Assembly (NCBI GenBank): GCA_047638395.1
Contig: JBLIMV010000003.1
Location: forward strand, 35,299-99,298
DNA from: Paracoccaceae bacterium
GTDB taxonomy: Bacteria > Pseudomonadota > Alphaproteobacteria > MPNO01 > UBA830
DNA: 64,000 nucleotides
Direction: 5' to 3'
The position numbers and the translations under genes are program-made. The notes under the pieces were generated by a model, which ran no database searches, was not told the origin of the DNA, and worked only from the letters and a program-made list of their open reading frames with translations. Position 1 is the stretch's first letter, and every line of letters starts with the position of its first letter. Below, piece by piece: positions 37,511 through 46,409 of the stretch.

Positions 37511-37660
37511 ACATATGTAAAACGGATTTTAAATACAAGTATTAAATCGAATAAACTCAAACTATCGTATTCAAACCTTATAAAAATTAGATCAAATTTT
37601 ATTTGTTACATTATATTTTGTTATTATATAAAATTTTATCTATCTTTTATTGTATTTCTT
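37511..37660. promoter_or_regulatory. Very AT-rich (about 17% GC) region upstream of the RTX gene
   Basis: 26 G+C in 150 nt by hand count, against about 60% GC in the flanks. Confidence 0.6.
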
Positions 37661-37958
37661 ACCACCCAGAGCAACCGCCACTTCTGCTAGCAATCCAGCA
37701 ACCCCTGGCGTCTGCGGGGTGTCTATACCGACACCGGATTGGCCGCATTGGCCGATTTCGCCTGAGTATCTGCTAAATCCGTAAACAATTTAAAAACCAT
37801 AAGCGTCAATCTGGCATCAACCAGTATCCACCATCCACGCCCTGTCCGGCGTCGTTTGCGTTGGTGATCTACATACAAATTCTTGTATTTGGCGAAATTC
37901 TGAGCCAACCTGCGCGCCATAAACACCAAACGGGCAAAAGCCCAAACGGGAGGAAATA

Positions 37959-38996
37959 ATGAAACATTCACTTATCACCGGCCTGACCGCGCTGGCGGCT
38001 GCGGGCTCTGTCCTGGCGGCACCGGCAGCGGCGGATGTCCTGTCGGACAAATACGCCGGAAAAACCATCACAATCATATACGGCTACGGCGCGGGCGGCA
38101 CTTATGGCAAGACATCCATATTGCTGAGCCGGTATCTCGGCGACCATATTCCAGGCAACCCGACCGTTATCACCAAATCGATGCCCGGCGCCGGCGGGAT
38201 GAAATCCGCGAACTACGCCTTTAACGCCATGCCAAAGGGCGGGCTCTACATGCTGATGCCGCCGGACATGTCCATGGTGTCGCAGGTATTACGGCCCAAG
38301 AAGGTGAAATACGATGCGCGTAAATTCACCTGGCTCGGCCGCGTTTTCGGCTCCAACAACCTGATCGCCACCCGCCGTGATGCCGGGGCCACGAATTATA
38401 AAGACGCCATGAAGAACGAAATCATCATGGGGTCGACCGGTAAGGGATCGCCGACCTTTATCGTCACCTCGCTGGCAAACGGCCTGCTCGGCACGAAGTT
38501 CAAGATTGTCTCAGGCTATAAGGGTTCCGCCCGGGTTCGCCAGGCAATGGAACAGGGCGAAGTCAAAGGCGTATCGCTTGCCTGGGCCGCCTGGAAAAAC
38601 GGTCACCCACAGTGGTTCCAGGGCAGCGAATCCTTCGCAATCGGATTGCTCCAGAGCGGATTCAAGCGTTCGCCTGACCTGCCCAACGTTCCGCTTATCG
38701 GCGAGCTTGCGCAGGGCGCCAACGCCAAGGCGGCCGCGGACCTGATTGCGACGTCCAGCCTGATCGGCCGTGGCCTTGTAATGCCGCCGGGCACGCCGAA
38801 GGAACTGATAGAGCCTCTGCGCGCCGCTTTCTGGAAAACCGTGAATTCTCCTGAATTCAAGGCAGAAGCCAAGAAGTCCAAACTGCCATTGTCGCAGCTG
38901 CGCGGTGCCGAGATCCAGAAAACCGTCAATGAAATTCTGAACATGTCGCCGGTCGCGATCGAAACCGCCCAGAAGGCGATTTTCGGCAAAAAGTAA
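37959..38996 (+). CDS. Tripartite tricarboxylate transporter substrate-binding protein (TctC/Bug family), no permeases adjacent
   Basis: Signal peptide; YAGKTITII.GYGAGGTY, PGNPTVITKSMPGAGG, PDLPNVP, PPGTP. Confidence 0.88.
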   Translation: MKHSLITGLTALAAAGSVLAAPAAADVLSDKYAGKTITIIYGYGAGGTYGKTSILLSRYLGDHIPGNPTVITKSMPGAGGMKSANYAFNAMPKGGLYMLMPPDMSMVSQVLRPKKVKYDARKFTWLGRVFGSNNLIATRRDAGATNYKDAMKNEIIMGSTGKGSPTFIVTSLANGLLGTKFKIVSGYKGSARVRQAMEQGEVKGVSLAWAAWKNGHPQWFQGSESFAIGLLQSGFKRSPDLPNVPLIGELAQGANAKAAADLIATSSLIGRGLVMPPGTPKELIEPLRAAFWKTVNSPEFKAEAKKSKLPLSQLRGAEIQKTVNEILNMSPVAIETAQKAIFGKK

Positions 38997-39020
38997 CAAC
39001 TTCACGCCAAACAATACGAT

Positions 39021-39050
39021 AAGGGCCGGCAATATTCGCCGGCCCTTTTT
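39021..39050 (+). terminator. Rho-independent terminator after the TctC-like gene
   Basis: AAGGGCCGGC-aatattc-GCCGGCCCTT-TTT. Confidence 0.88.
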
Positions 39051-39088
39051 CTATCTGCAGCCCCTTTTAGGCGGTGAAATAACCGGGA

Positions 39089-39430
39089 TCAGGGAAGATC
39101 GACCCGGACAATAATAGCCGCGGTTGCGATCACTGCTTTGTCATCGCCCGTATCGGCAGGCACGTTCTGCCCGCCACTCACGGCATTTACCGTGATCTGG
39201 CCGTAAGGGAGCGTTTTGGCGACTGCCGCAGTATCCACCGCCGCGGGATCCTGGACACCGACCGTCACCTCCACATGCATGTCTTCGCGGGCAATATCGA
39301 GGGATTTGATCATGGTGAGCGAACTGTGATGGATCGCGTCCTGCACCGCGCGAACCGCCGCCTTTGTGTAGTCGCCGCCATGCAGGTCGTTTCCCATGCC
39401 GATTTCCAACACCATGCGTTTAAGCGCCAT
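39089..39430 (-). CDS. Lin0512-family protein of unknown function
   Basis: MALKRMVLEIGMGNDLHGGDYTKAAVRAVQDAIHHSSL, LPYG, GG. Confidence 0.85.
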   Translation of the reverse strand: MALKRMVLEIGMGNDLHGGDYTKAAVRAVQDAIHHSSLTMIKSLDIAREDMHVEVTVGVQDPAAVDTAAVAKTLPYGQITVNAVSGGQNVPADTGDDKAVIATAAIIVRVDLP

Positions 39431-39550
39431 CTTTCATTTCCTTATTCGTTTACCGGCCTCCACCCTGCCCGTAACGGCGTCAAATCGCAAAACCGGGTTG
39501 CCCGCCACCAAATCCCGACTAGACTCCGGGCACACCGTGAAGGCAGAAAC

Positions 39551-39841
39551 ATGACCGACTACTGGATGAGCAAGCTTTTCTTCGATATTCAAGCGCCCAA
39601 GAACCTGGCGAAATGGAAATCCGATCCCGAAAGCGTGCTGGAGGGCTATCCGTTAAGCCCCGAGATGCGCAAAGCAGTGCTCGCAGACGACCTCGAGACA
39701 ATCGCGCCCCACGTGAATGCCTATCTGCTGCGCTTCTATTTCAGTATTTCGGGGATGAAAGACGATGAACTGCTCGCCCGCCTGCATGCGATGAAGCCAG
39801 GCGCAGGCCCACTCAACGAGGGAAATACGCAACATGGCTGA
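39551..39841 (+). CDS. Small (LigA/CarBa-like) subunit of a class III extradiol dioxygenase
   Basis: 96 aa, KLFFD..WKSDPESVLEGYPLSPEMRKAVLADD..VNAYLL; overlaps the LigB-type gene by 8 nt; start reassigned to ATG 39551. Confidence 0.75.
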   Translation: MTDYWMSKLFFDIQAPKNLAKWKSDPESVLEGYPLSPEMRKAVLADDLETIAPHVNAYLLRFYFSISGMKDDELLARLHAMKPGAGPLNEGNTQHG

Positions 39842-40667
39842 ATTCGTCGGCGCCTTTGCCGCCTCTCATGGCCCCCTTATCGCCCGCGAATGGGACGTCC
39901 TGCCCGAAGGGCCGAAAGCGGCACTGACCACCGCCTTTGACGAAACGGGGCGGCGTCTCAAAGCGCTGAAGCCGGACGTTCTGGTGATACTGTCGCCAGA
40001 TCACTGGGTAAATTTCTTTATCGATAACCTGCCGAGCTTCTGCATCGGTATCGGCGAAGAACATGACGGCCCGCCCGAGCCGTTCATGAAAACCGTCTAT
40101 CCGCACAAAACCCTGCCCGGTCACCCCGAATTCGGCAGGCACCTGTTGGATACGGCGCTCCAGAGCGGGTTCGACCCGGCCCTATCGCACCGGCTGAAAC
40201 TGGATCACGGGTTTTGTGTGCCCCTATGGCGCATGGGTGTCGACCCGGCACTGCCGATCGTACCAATCACCGTGAACCAGCTCGAAGAACCCCTGCCAAC
40301 CCTGCGGCGCTGCATTGCCTGGGGCAAGATGCTGCGCCAGGCGATCGACAGCTACCCCGGCGACCTGCGTGTGGCCGTCCTCGGCACCGGCGGGCTCAGC
40401 CATTCAATCGGCGAGCCGACGATGGGCGAAATCGACGAGCCGTTCGACCGGGTGTGTATCGACCTGTTCACCAACGCGGACGACGACGCGCTCGCAGACG
40501 GGCTCGAACGCGCGCTTGCGACCACCGGCAACGGCGCCGAGGAAGTACGCGACTGGGTCATTGCCCATGCTGTCGCCGGCAGCCAGGGGTTCGATCTGAT
40601 CGACTATACACCGATCCCCGAAGTCTATATCGGCTGCGGCATGGCAGAGTGGCTGCCCGCGGCCTGA
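39834..40667 (+). CDS. LigB-family (class III) extradiol ring-cleavage dioxygenase catalytic subunit
   Basis: ASHGP, SPDHWVNFF, LDHG, TGGLSHS, GAEEVRDW (His/His/Glu iron ligands). Confidence 0.9.
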   Translation: MAEFVGAFAASHGPLIAREWDVLPEGPKAALTTAFDETGRRLKALKPDVLVILSPDHWVNFFIDNLPSFCIGIGEEHDGPPEPFMKTVYPHKTLPGHPEFGRHLLDTALQSGFDPALSHRLKLDHGFCVPLWRMGVDPALPIVPITVNQLEEPLPTLRRCIAWGKMLRQAIDSYPGDLRVAVLGTGGLSHSIGEPTMGEIDEPFDRVCIDLFTNADDDALADGLERALATTGNGAEEVRDWVIAHAVAGSQGFDLIDYTPIPEVYIGCGMAEWLPAA

Positions 40668-40669
40668 GC

Positions 40670-41353
40670 ATGGGGAATTTTATCAATCTGGAATCGCCGG
40701 ACGGTCATCAATTCAGAGCTTACCTCGCCGCCCCGAACGATCGTCCGAAAGGTAATATCGTCGTCGGGATGGAGATGTACGGCGTGAATGACTACCTGCA
40801 GGGCGTCTGCGACAGCTATGCTCGCGAGGGGTATGCCGCCCTCGCGCCGGCCTTGTTCGATCGGTTTGAACCGGATCTAACGTCTCCCTATGACGATGCA
40901 GGCAGCGCACTCGGCAAAGACCTGTCCGCGCGGATCGATCATGCCCATACAATGATGGACGTGGAAGCCGCAGCGGCGCATCTACGCGATCAGTCTCCGG
41001 GTCTACCTACTGTGATAACAGGATACTGCTTCGGCGGAACCGTTTCCTGGCTTGCGGCCTGCCGCGGCACTTTCGATGCCGCCGTGGTCTATTATGGCTC
41101 CGACATGTGTGACTACCCGACGGAGATACCGAACTGCCCCGTCATATGCCATGTCGGCGATCTAGACACAGCAGTGCCCCCGTCCGATGTCGCAGCATTT
41201 CGGGAAAAACGGTCAGAGCCTCTCTGGTATGTTTACCCGGGTGCCCTGCATGGCTTTGACAACGCCACGCGTCCGGTTCGCTATCACGCTGACGCTGCCG
41301 CCCTCGCGCGGAAACGGACGCTGGCGTTTCTGGCCGAGATTTATACCGGGTAG
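40670..41353 (+). CDS. Dienelactone hydrolase-family protein
   Basis: Start ATG 40670; EMYGVN, GYCFGG nucleophile Cys, GDLD, YPGALHGF. Confidence 0.92.
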   Translation: MGNFINLESPDGHQFRAYLAAPNDRPKGNIVVGMEMYGVNDYLQGVCDSYAREGYAALAPALFDRFEPDLTSPYDDAGSALGKDLSARIDHAHTMMDVEAAAAHLRDQSPGLPTVITGYCFGGTVSWLAACRGTFDAAVVYYGSDMCDYPTEIPNCPVICHVGDLDTAVPPSDVAAFREKRSEPLWYVYPGALHGFDNATRPVRYHADAAALARKRTLAFLAEIYTG

Positions 41354-41416
41354 AAGATTTCACTCGGGTAAAGGCGCCCTCTTACCCGGCTCAAACGTGT
41401 TTCTCCCTCCGAACAT

Positions 41417-41446
41417 AAAAAAACCCGGCGCAAAGCGCCGGGTTTT
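41417..41446. terminator. Bidirectional terminator between the DLH gene and nrdB
   Basis: AAAACCCGGCGC-aaa-GCGCCGGGTTTT. Confidence 0.9.
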
Positions 41447-41477
41447 CTACCTGTGGGACTAGCACAGGAATCAGGCG

Positions 41478-42437
41478 CTATGCCCAAATGTCTTCCCAGG
41501 AACCCTGGGTCGCGGCCTTCGAATATTCGGTCGACCGGTTTTCGAAGAAATTGGTGTGTTCCATGCCATTGAGCATCTCGTCCATCCACGGCAGAGGGTT
41601 TTTCTCCAGCCGGTAGATCGGCTGAAGACCCAACTGGGTGAGACGGCGATCAGCGATGTAGCGGATATACTGCTTCACTTCCGAACCGGCGAGTCCTTCG
41701 ACACCGCCAAGCTCGAACGCAAGATCGATAAACGCATCTTCATGCTCGACCATTTCGGAGCAGGTCACGTAGAGCGAGCGCTGAAATTCCTCGGTCCAGA
41801 TTTCGGGGTTTTCCGAAATAAAGGTGCGGAACAGCTTGATGATCGATTCCGTGTGCAGGCTTTCATCGCGTACCGACCATGAAATGATCTGCCCCATGCC
41901 CTTCATCTTGTTGAAGCGCGGGAAGTTCATCAGGATCGCGAAGCTGGCAAACAGCTGCAGGCCTTCGGTAAAGGCACCAAACACGGCCAGTGTCTGCGCA
42001 ATGTTCTCTTTGGTCGAGACATCGAACTTGTGCAGATAGTCGACCTTATCCTTCATTTCCTTGTAGTGAAGAAATGCCTGATATTCGGTTTCCGGCATGC
42101 CGATGGTATCGAGCAGATGCGAATACGCGGCGATATGGACGGTTTCCATGTTCGAGAATGCCGCCAGCATCATCTGAACTTCCGTCGGCTCAAAGACGCG
42201 CGAATACTGCTTCATGTAGCAGTTCGCGACTTCGATATCGGACTGGGTGAAGAACCGGAAAATCTGGGTCAGCAGATTGCGTTCCTCTGCCGTCATCTTG
42301 TTGTGCCAGTCCTTCACGTCATCTGCGAGCGGCACCTCTTCGGGTAACCAGTGGACCCGTTGCTGCATCAGCCAGGCATCATATGCCCAAGGATAACGGA
42401 ACGGTTTGTAGACCGGATTGGCTTCAAGTAACGACAT
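41478..42437 (-). CDS. nrdB: Class Ia ribonucleotide reductase beta subunit
   Basis: HWLPEEV, FFTQSD, METVHIAAYS (radical Tyr), TEG, RDESLH, NFFE. Confidence 0.96.
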   Translation of the reverse strand: MSLLEANPVYKPFRYPWAYDAWLMQQRVHWLPEEVPLADDVKDWHNKMTAEERNLLTQIFRFFTQSDIEVANCYMKQYSRVFEPTEVQMMLAAFSNMETVHIAAYSHLLDTIGMPETEYQAFLHYKEMKDKVDYLHKFDVSTKENIAQTLAVFGAFTEGLQLFASFAILMNFPRFNKMKGMGQIISWSVRDESLHTESIIKLFRTFISENPEIWTEEFQRSLYVTCSEMVEHEDAFIDLAFELGGVEGLAGSEVKQYIRYIADRRLTQLGLQPIYRLEKNPLPWMDEMLNGMEHTNFFENRSTEYSKAATQGSWEDIWA

Positions 42438-42503
42438 TCTTCACTTCACTCCCTCGCCTTCTCCCCCATAGGAGAAGGGTATTTTCCTCAACCGGCCGTC
42501 AGA

Positions 42504-44399
42504 TTACTGACAGCTCAGGCATTCTTCGTAATCGTTATCGTTTTCGTCCGTCGCGGCCAGAGGCAGCGGCTGAATGGCACCATCGACCGGCAAGCCAAGA
42601 CCGCCGGTTGTCGGCGCGGCTGTGGCGCCCGTAACGGACAGGCTGGCGTGGCTTTCGGCACGCGCGACCGACCGTGAGCGGCAGTAATAAAGCGATTTGA
42701 CGCCCTTCTGCCAGGCACGCCAGTGAACGTCATGGAGCGTTTTCTTTTCCACATCGGCCGGCATGAAAACATTGAGCGACTGCGACTGGCAGATAAATTC
42801 GGCGCGATCGCCCGCATGATCCACAAGCCAGCGCTGATCGATCTCAAACGCGGTCTTGAAGGTATCTTTTTCGTCATCCGACAGGAAATCGAGATGCTGA
42901 ACCGAGCCTTCGTGAACCGTGATCGACGACCAGGTATCGTCGTCGTCCATTCCTTTTTCGGCAAGCAGTGCCTTGAGGAACTTGTTCCGCACGCTGAACG
43001 AACCGGACAGGGTCTTATGCGTATAGGCATTTGCCGCGTTCGGCTCGATTCCCGGGGACGACCCACCGCAGATGATCGAGATCGACGCGGTCGGCGCAAT
43101 TGCCATCTTGTTCGAGAACCGTTCCATGATGCCGTATTCGCCGGCATCGGGGCATGGTCCGCGCTCTTCGGCAAGCGCCACAGAAGCGGCGTCCGCGCGA
43201 TCCTTGATCTGCTTGAAAATCCGTTTGTTCCAGACCTTCGCCATCACCGATTCCATCGGAATGTTCTGGCTCTGCAGGAAGGAGTGATAACCCATCACGC
43301 CAAGACCGACGGAACGTTCACGCATCGCGGAATACTTGGCGCGTTCCATTGCGTCGGGTGCGCGGTCGATGAAGTCCTGAATGACGTTGTCGAGGAAGCG
43401 CATGATGTCTTCGACGATCGTCGGATGATCTTTCCATTCCATATAGGTTTCGAGGTTCAGCGACGACAGGCAGCACACAGCCGTCCGTTGTTCGCCGTCC
43501 TTGTCGATCCCCGTCGGCAGCGTGATCTCGCTGCACAGGTTGGACATCTTGACCTCGAGCCCGGCAAGCTTGTGATGCTCCGGGATCGCCTTGTTCACGT
43601 GATCGATATAGAGGAAATAGGGCTCGCCCGTTTCAATCCGCGTCGAGAGCATGCGGATCCACAGGCTGCGGGCGGAAATCTTGCGAATGACCGCCTGATC
43701 CTTCGGGCTTTTCAGCCCCCATTCCTCATCGTTCTCAACAGCGCGCATGAACTCATCGGGGATAATGATCCCGTGATGCAGGTTCAGCGCCTTACGGTTC
43801 GGATCGCCGCCGGTCGGACGACGAAGCTCGATGAATTCTTCGATTTCGGGATGATCGACGCGGATATAGATCGCCGCGGAACCGCGCCGGAGCGAGCCCT
43901 GCGAAATCGCGAGGGTCAGCGAGTCCATCACGCGGATAAAGGGAATAATGCCCGAGGTTTTGCCGTTCGCGCCGACCTTTTCGCCGATCGAGCGCAGGTT
44001 GCCCCAGTAGGAGCCGATACCGCCGCCAAGCGAGGCAAGCCAGACGTTCTCGTTCCACAGGTTAACAATGCCATCCAGGCTGTCGGTGGCTTCGTTCAGG
44101 AAGCAGGAAATCGGCAGGCCGCGTTCGGTGCCGCCATTCGACAGAATAGGCGTCGACGGCATGAACCACAGGTTCGACATGTAGTCGTAAATCCGCTGGG
44201 CATGCGCGGAATCATCCGCAAAGTGGCACGACACGCGCGCAAACAGGTCCTGATATTCCTCGCCGGGCATCAAATAGCGGTCGGTCAGAACCGCCTTGCC
44301 GAAATCGGTCAGATTCGCGTCGCGATCACGATTAATCTTTACCGTAATCCCTCTTTTTGACTGGAAAAGATCATGTTCCGTCTGCACCAGATCTAGCAC
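42504..44399 (-). CDS. nrdA: Class I ribonucleotide reductase alpha subunit without an N-terminal ATP cone
   Basis: PSTP, ISCFL, SNLCSEI, AIAPTASIS, QSQSLN, KSLYY, C-terminal CLSCQ; 631 aa. Confidence 0.96.
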   Translation of the reverse strand: MLDLVQTEHDLFQSKRGITVKINRDRDANLTDFGKAVLTDRYLMPGEEYQDLFARVSCHFADDSAHAQRIYDYMSNLWFMPSTPILSNGGTERGLPISCFLNEATDSLDGIVNLWNENVWLASLGGGIGSYWGNLRSIGEKVGANGKTSGIIPFIRVMDSLTLAISQGSLRRGSAAIYIRVDHPEIEEFIELRRPTGGDPNRKALNLHHGIIIPDEFMRAVENDEEWGLKSPKDQAVIRKISARSLWIRMLSTRIETGEPYFLYIDHVNKAIPEHHKLAGLEVKMSNLCSEITLPTGIDKDGEQRTAVCCLSSLNLETYMEWKDHPTIVEDIMRFLDNVIQDFIDRAPDAMERAKYSAMRERSVGLGVMGYHSFLQSQNIPMESVMAKVWNKRIFKQIKDRADAASVALAEERGPCPDAGEYGIMERFSNKMAIAPTASISIICGGSSPGIEPNAANAYTHKTLSGSFSVRNKFLKALLAEKGMDDDDTWSSITVHEGSVQHLDFLSDDEKDTFKTAFEIDQRWLVDHAGDRAEFICQSQSLNVFMPADVEKKTLHDVHWRAWQKGVKSLYYCRSRSVARAESHASLSVTGATAAPTTGGLGLPVDGAIQPLPLAATDENDNDYEECLSCQ

Positions 44400-44562
44400 G
44401 CCAACCTCCTTCTAAATACGACTCGTCAGGGGGCAGTTAGCGTGTCCTGCGCGAACGTACCCCCTCGGATATTCGCGCCGGCTGGCAGGTTTAGGTTGCT
44501 GTCTGGTAACGGCAGAAAATGGCCGTTTTCCGGTATGCGCACCCCGCCCCGCGACCCGAAAA

Positions 44563-44687
44563 GTATCCACAAGCGTCTGTGGATAACTATCCCCGGTGGC
44601 CGCGACGTCGGAGTGTGCATCAACATCTAGGGTACCGTCAATCAAAAAGGGCTAAATGATGATATATCCACAACATGTTGTGGATAT
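44563..44687. promoter_or_regulatory. nrdAB control region: two head-to-head DnaA-box pairs (44563-44586, 44664-44687) and two NrdR boxes (44618-44633, 44668-44683)
   Basis: GTATCCACA-N6-TGTGGATAA (perfect TTATCCACA on minus strand); 24-bp perfect palindrome ATATCCACAACATGTTGTGGATAT; CATCAACATCTAGGGT and CCACAACATGTTGTGG match all conserved NrdR positions. Confidence 0.8.
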
Positions 44688-44808
44688 CCTGTGAGAACGG
44701 CAGAATTCAGCAGGTTCTAAAAACGGGGATAGATGTGCACTAAATTTCCAGCGCCCACAGACCCGGTTTGGGACCGGTTTGAGGCCCGTTTTCGATTCGT
44801 TAGACAAT

Positions 44809-44842
44809 TGAAGGATTCGTTCAGCTGAAGGATTCGTTCAGC
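44809..44842. repeat. Perfect 17-bp tandem duplication TGAAGGATTCGTTCAGC x2 spanning the mntR stop codon
   Basis: 44809-44825 and 44826-44842 identical; each contains GANTC. Confidence 0.9.
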
Positions 44843-45308
44843 GCGGTTTCAGGCAGCGCTCGAATGCGGCCAGTGTCTCTTCCGACACATGATGCTCCAG
44901 CCCCTCGGCATCGGCGCGGGCAATTTCCTCGTTGACACCGATCGCTGTGAGAAATTCGACAACAATCTGGTGCCGCCGCCGAGACGCTTCCGCCACCCGG
45001 CGGCCGTCCTCGGTCAGGAAAATAGCCCGATATGGCTGGGTCTTGATCCAGCCTGTCTCTTTGAGACGACCGATCATACGGGCCACTGTTGGCGTGGTGA
45101 CCCCCAGCCGCTTCGCAATATCGACCGAGCGCGCCTCCCCGGTCGAATCGATCAGATCGGCGATCAACTCGACATAATCCTCCATCACCTCGCTCTGACG
45201 CGCCGCGCGCACCTGCCGATGGTGGTCCGCCTGCTTATCAGGCTCCGGCAGAACCGGGGCAACCGGCGGGCGCTTGTCGGAGGGATCGATTTTTAGTTTG
45301 CCTGACAT
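44838..45308 (-). CDS. mntR: Manganese-responsive regulator MntR (DtxR family)
   Basis: [43 protein letters not shown]; start ATG 45308 or TTG 45326. Confidence 0.9.
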   Translation of the reverse strand: MSGKLKIDPSDKRPPVAPVLPEPDKQADHHRQVRAARQSEVMEDYVELIADLIDSTGEARSVDIAKRLGVTTPTVARMIGRLKETGWIKTQPYRAIFLTEDGRRVAEASRRRHQIVVEFLTAIGVNEEIARADAEGLEHHVSEETLAAFERCLKPR

Positions 45309-45433
45309 ATCGCCACTATGCCGCAAGCCCGTCTCTCTGCCAACGGACTGAAACAGGTCAATTCTGTGCGATCCGGCTTGATAAATGGCACCTTAAAGAC
45401 CTAGTTATCATAGGTTGAGGAGCATCATCTGCC

Positions 45434-46405
45434 ATGACGCCGCAAAAACCTGCGAAACCTGCGACCGCTGAACGCCCGTTTGACCGCCGCCGCTTTCTGA
45501 CAGCCGCGGCCGCAACAGGTGCTGCGCTTTCGCTCGGCATGACGCCTGCCCGCGCCAATATCCAGGCTGCCAAGGGGCCAGCCATTCTGCGCCCGATCCC
45601 CGGAACCGAAGAACGAATCCCGGTTATCGGGATGGGGACGTGGATTACCTTCAACGTCGGCGGCAACCGGCGCCTGCGCGATGCCCGAGCAAAAGTTTTG
45701 AAAACGTTTTTTGACCAGGGCGGCAGGGTTGTCGATTCATCGCCAATGTATGGATCGGCCGAAGATGTTGTCGGGTACTGCCTCGACAAAATCGGCAAGC
45801 GGGATTCCCTGTTCAGCGCAACCAAAATCTGGACCCCTCTGATCGCCGACGGGGCGGAACAAATGTCCGATTCCCGAAAGCTGTGGGGTGTCGGGAAATT
45901 CGACCTGATGCAGGTCCACAATCTCGTCAATTGGGAAGGCCACCTTGAGACCCTCGCCGAAGACAAGGCAGCCGGTCGCGTCCGTCACATCGGAATCACG
46001 ACGTCACACGGCAGCCGCCATAGCCAGATGGCCCGGGTTATGGCCGATCCGCGGGTGGATGCGGTTCAGTTTACCTACAACATTGTGGACCGTGCGGCGG
46101 AACAACGGCTGCTGCCGCTGGCGGCGGAACGGGGCCTTGCCGTCGTGATCAACCGGCCGTTTCGCCGCGGCGAGCTGTTTCGCCGGTTTGCCGGGCACCC
46201 GCTTCCCGCATGGGCAGCGGAATTCGAGTGCACGAACTGGGCACAGTTCTTCCTGAAATTCGTGATCTCCCACCCCGCCGTGACCTGTGCGATCCCGGCG
46301 ACATCCAAGGTCGCTCACATGAACGAAAACATGGGCGCGCTATACGGCGCGCTGCCCGACACCGCTATGCGGGCACGTATGATCCGTTACGTCGAGAGTA
46401 TCTGA
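45434..46405 (+). CDS. Aldo/keto reductase with twin-arginine signal peptide
   Basis: DRRRFL...ARA Tat signal; D..MY, ATK, QVHN catalytic tetrad; IPATSK..HM.EN. Confidence 0.88.
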   Translation: MTPQKPAKPATAERPFDRRRFLTAAAATGAALSLGMTPARANIQAAKGPAILRPIPGTEERIPVIGMGTWITFNVGGNRRLRDARAKVLKTFFDQGGRVVDSSPMYGSAEDVVGYCLDKIGKRDSLFSATKIWTPLIADGAEQMSDSRKLWGVGKFDLMQVHNLVNWEGHLETLAEDKAAGRVRHIGITTSHGSRHSQMARVMADPRVDAVQFTYNIVDRAAEQRLLPLAAERGLAVVINRPFRRGELFRRFAGHPLPAWAAEFECTNWAQFFLKFVISHPAVTCAIPATSKVAHMNENMGALYGALPDTAMRARMIRYVESI

Positions 46406-46409
46406 GCGG

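Noticed and set aside
37451-37690. 79-aa ORF in the AT-rich patch (and 11322-11681 near the other patch)
   Set aside because: Low-complexity Ile/Tyr/Phe/Lys translation of promoter DNA, without RBS or host-like codon usage
44563-44687. DnaA-box cluster as a replication origin
   Set aside because: Only four boxes, no extended AT-rich unwinding element and no origin-type gene context; it sits directly upstream of nrdA and overlaps NrdR boxes
41478-45308. mntR next to nrdAB implying a manganese-dependent RNR
   Set aside because: NrdB has Asp as first ligand plus the radical Tyr (class Ia pattern), there is no nrdI/nrdH, and I saw no MntR-type operator; adjacency alone is insufficient
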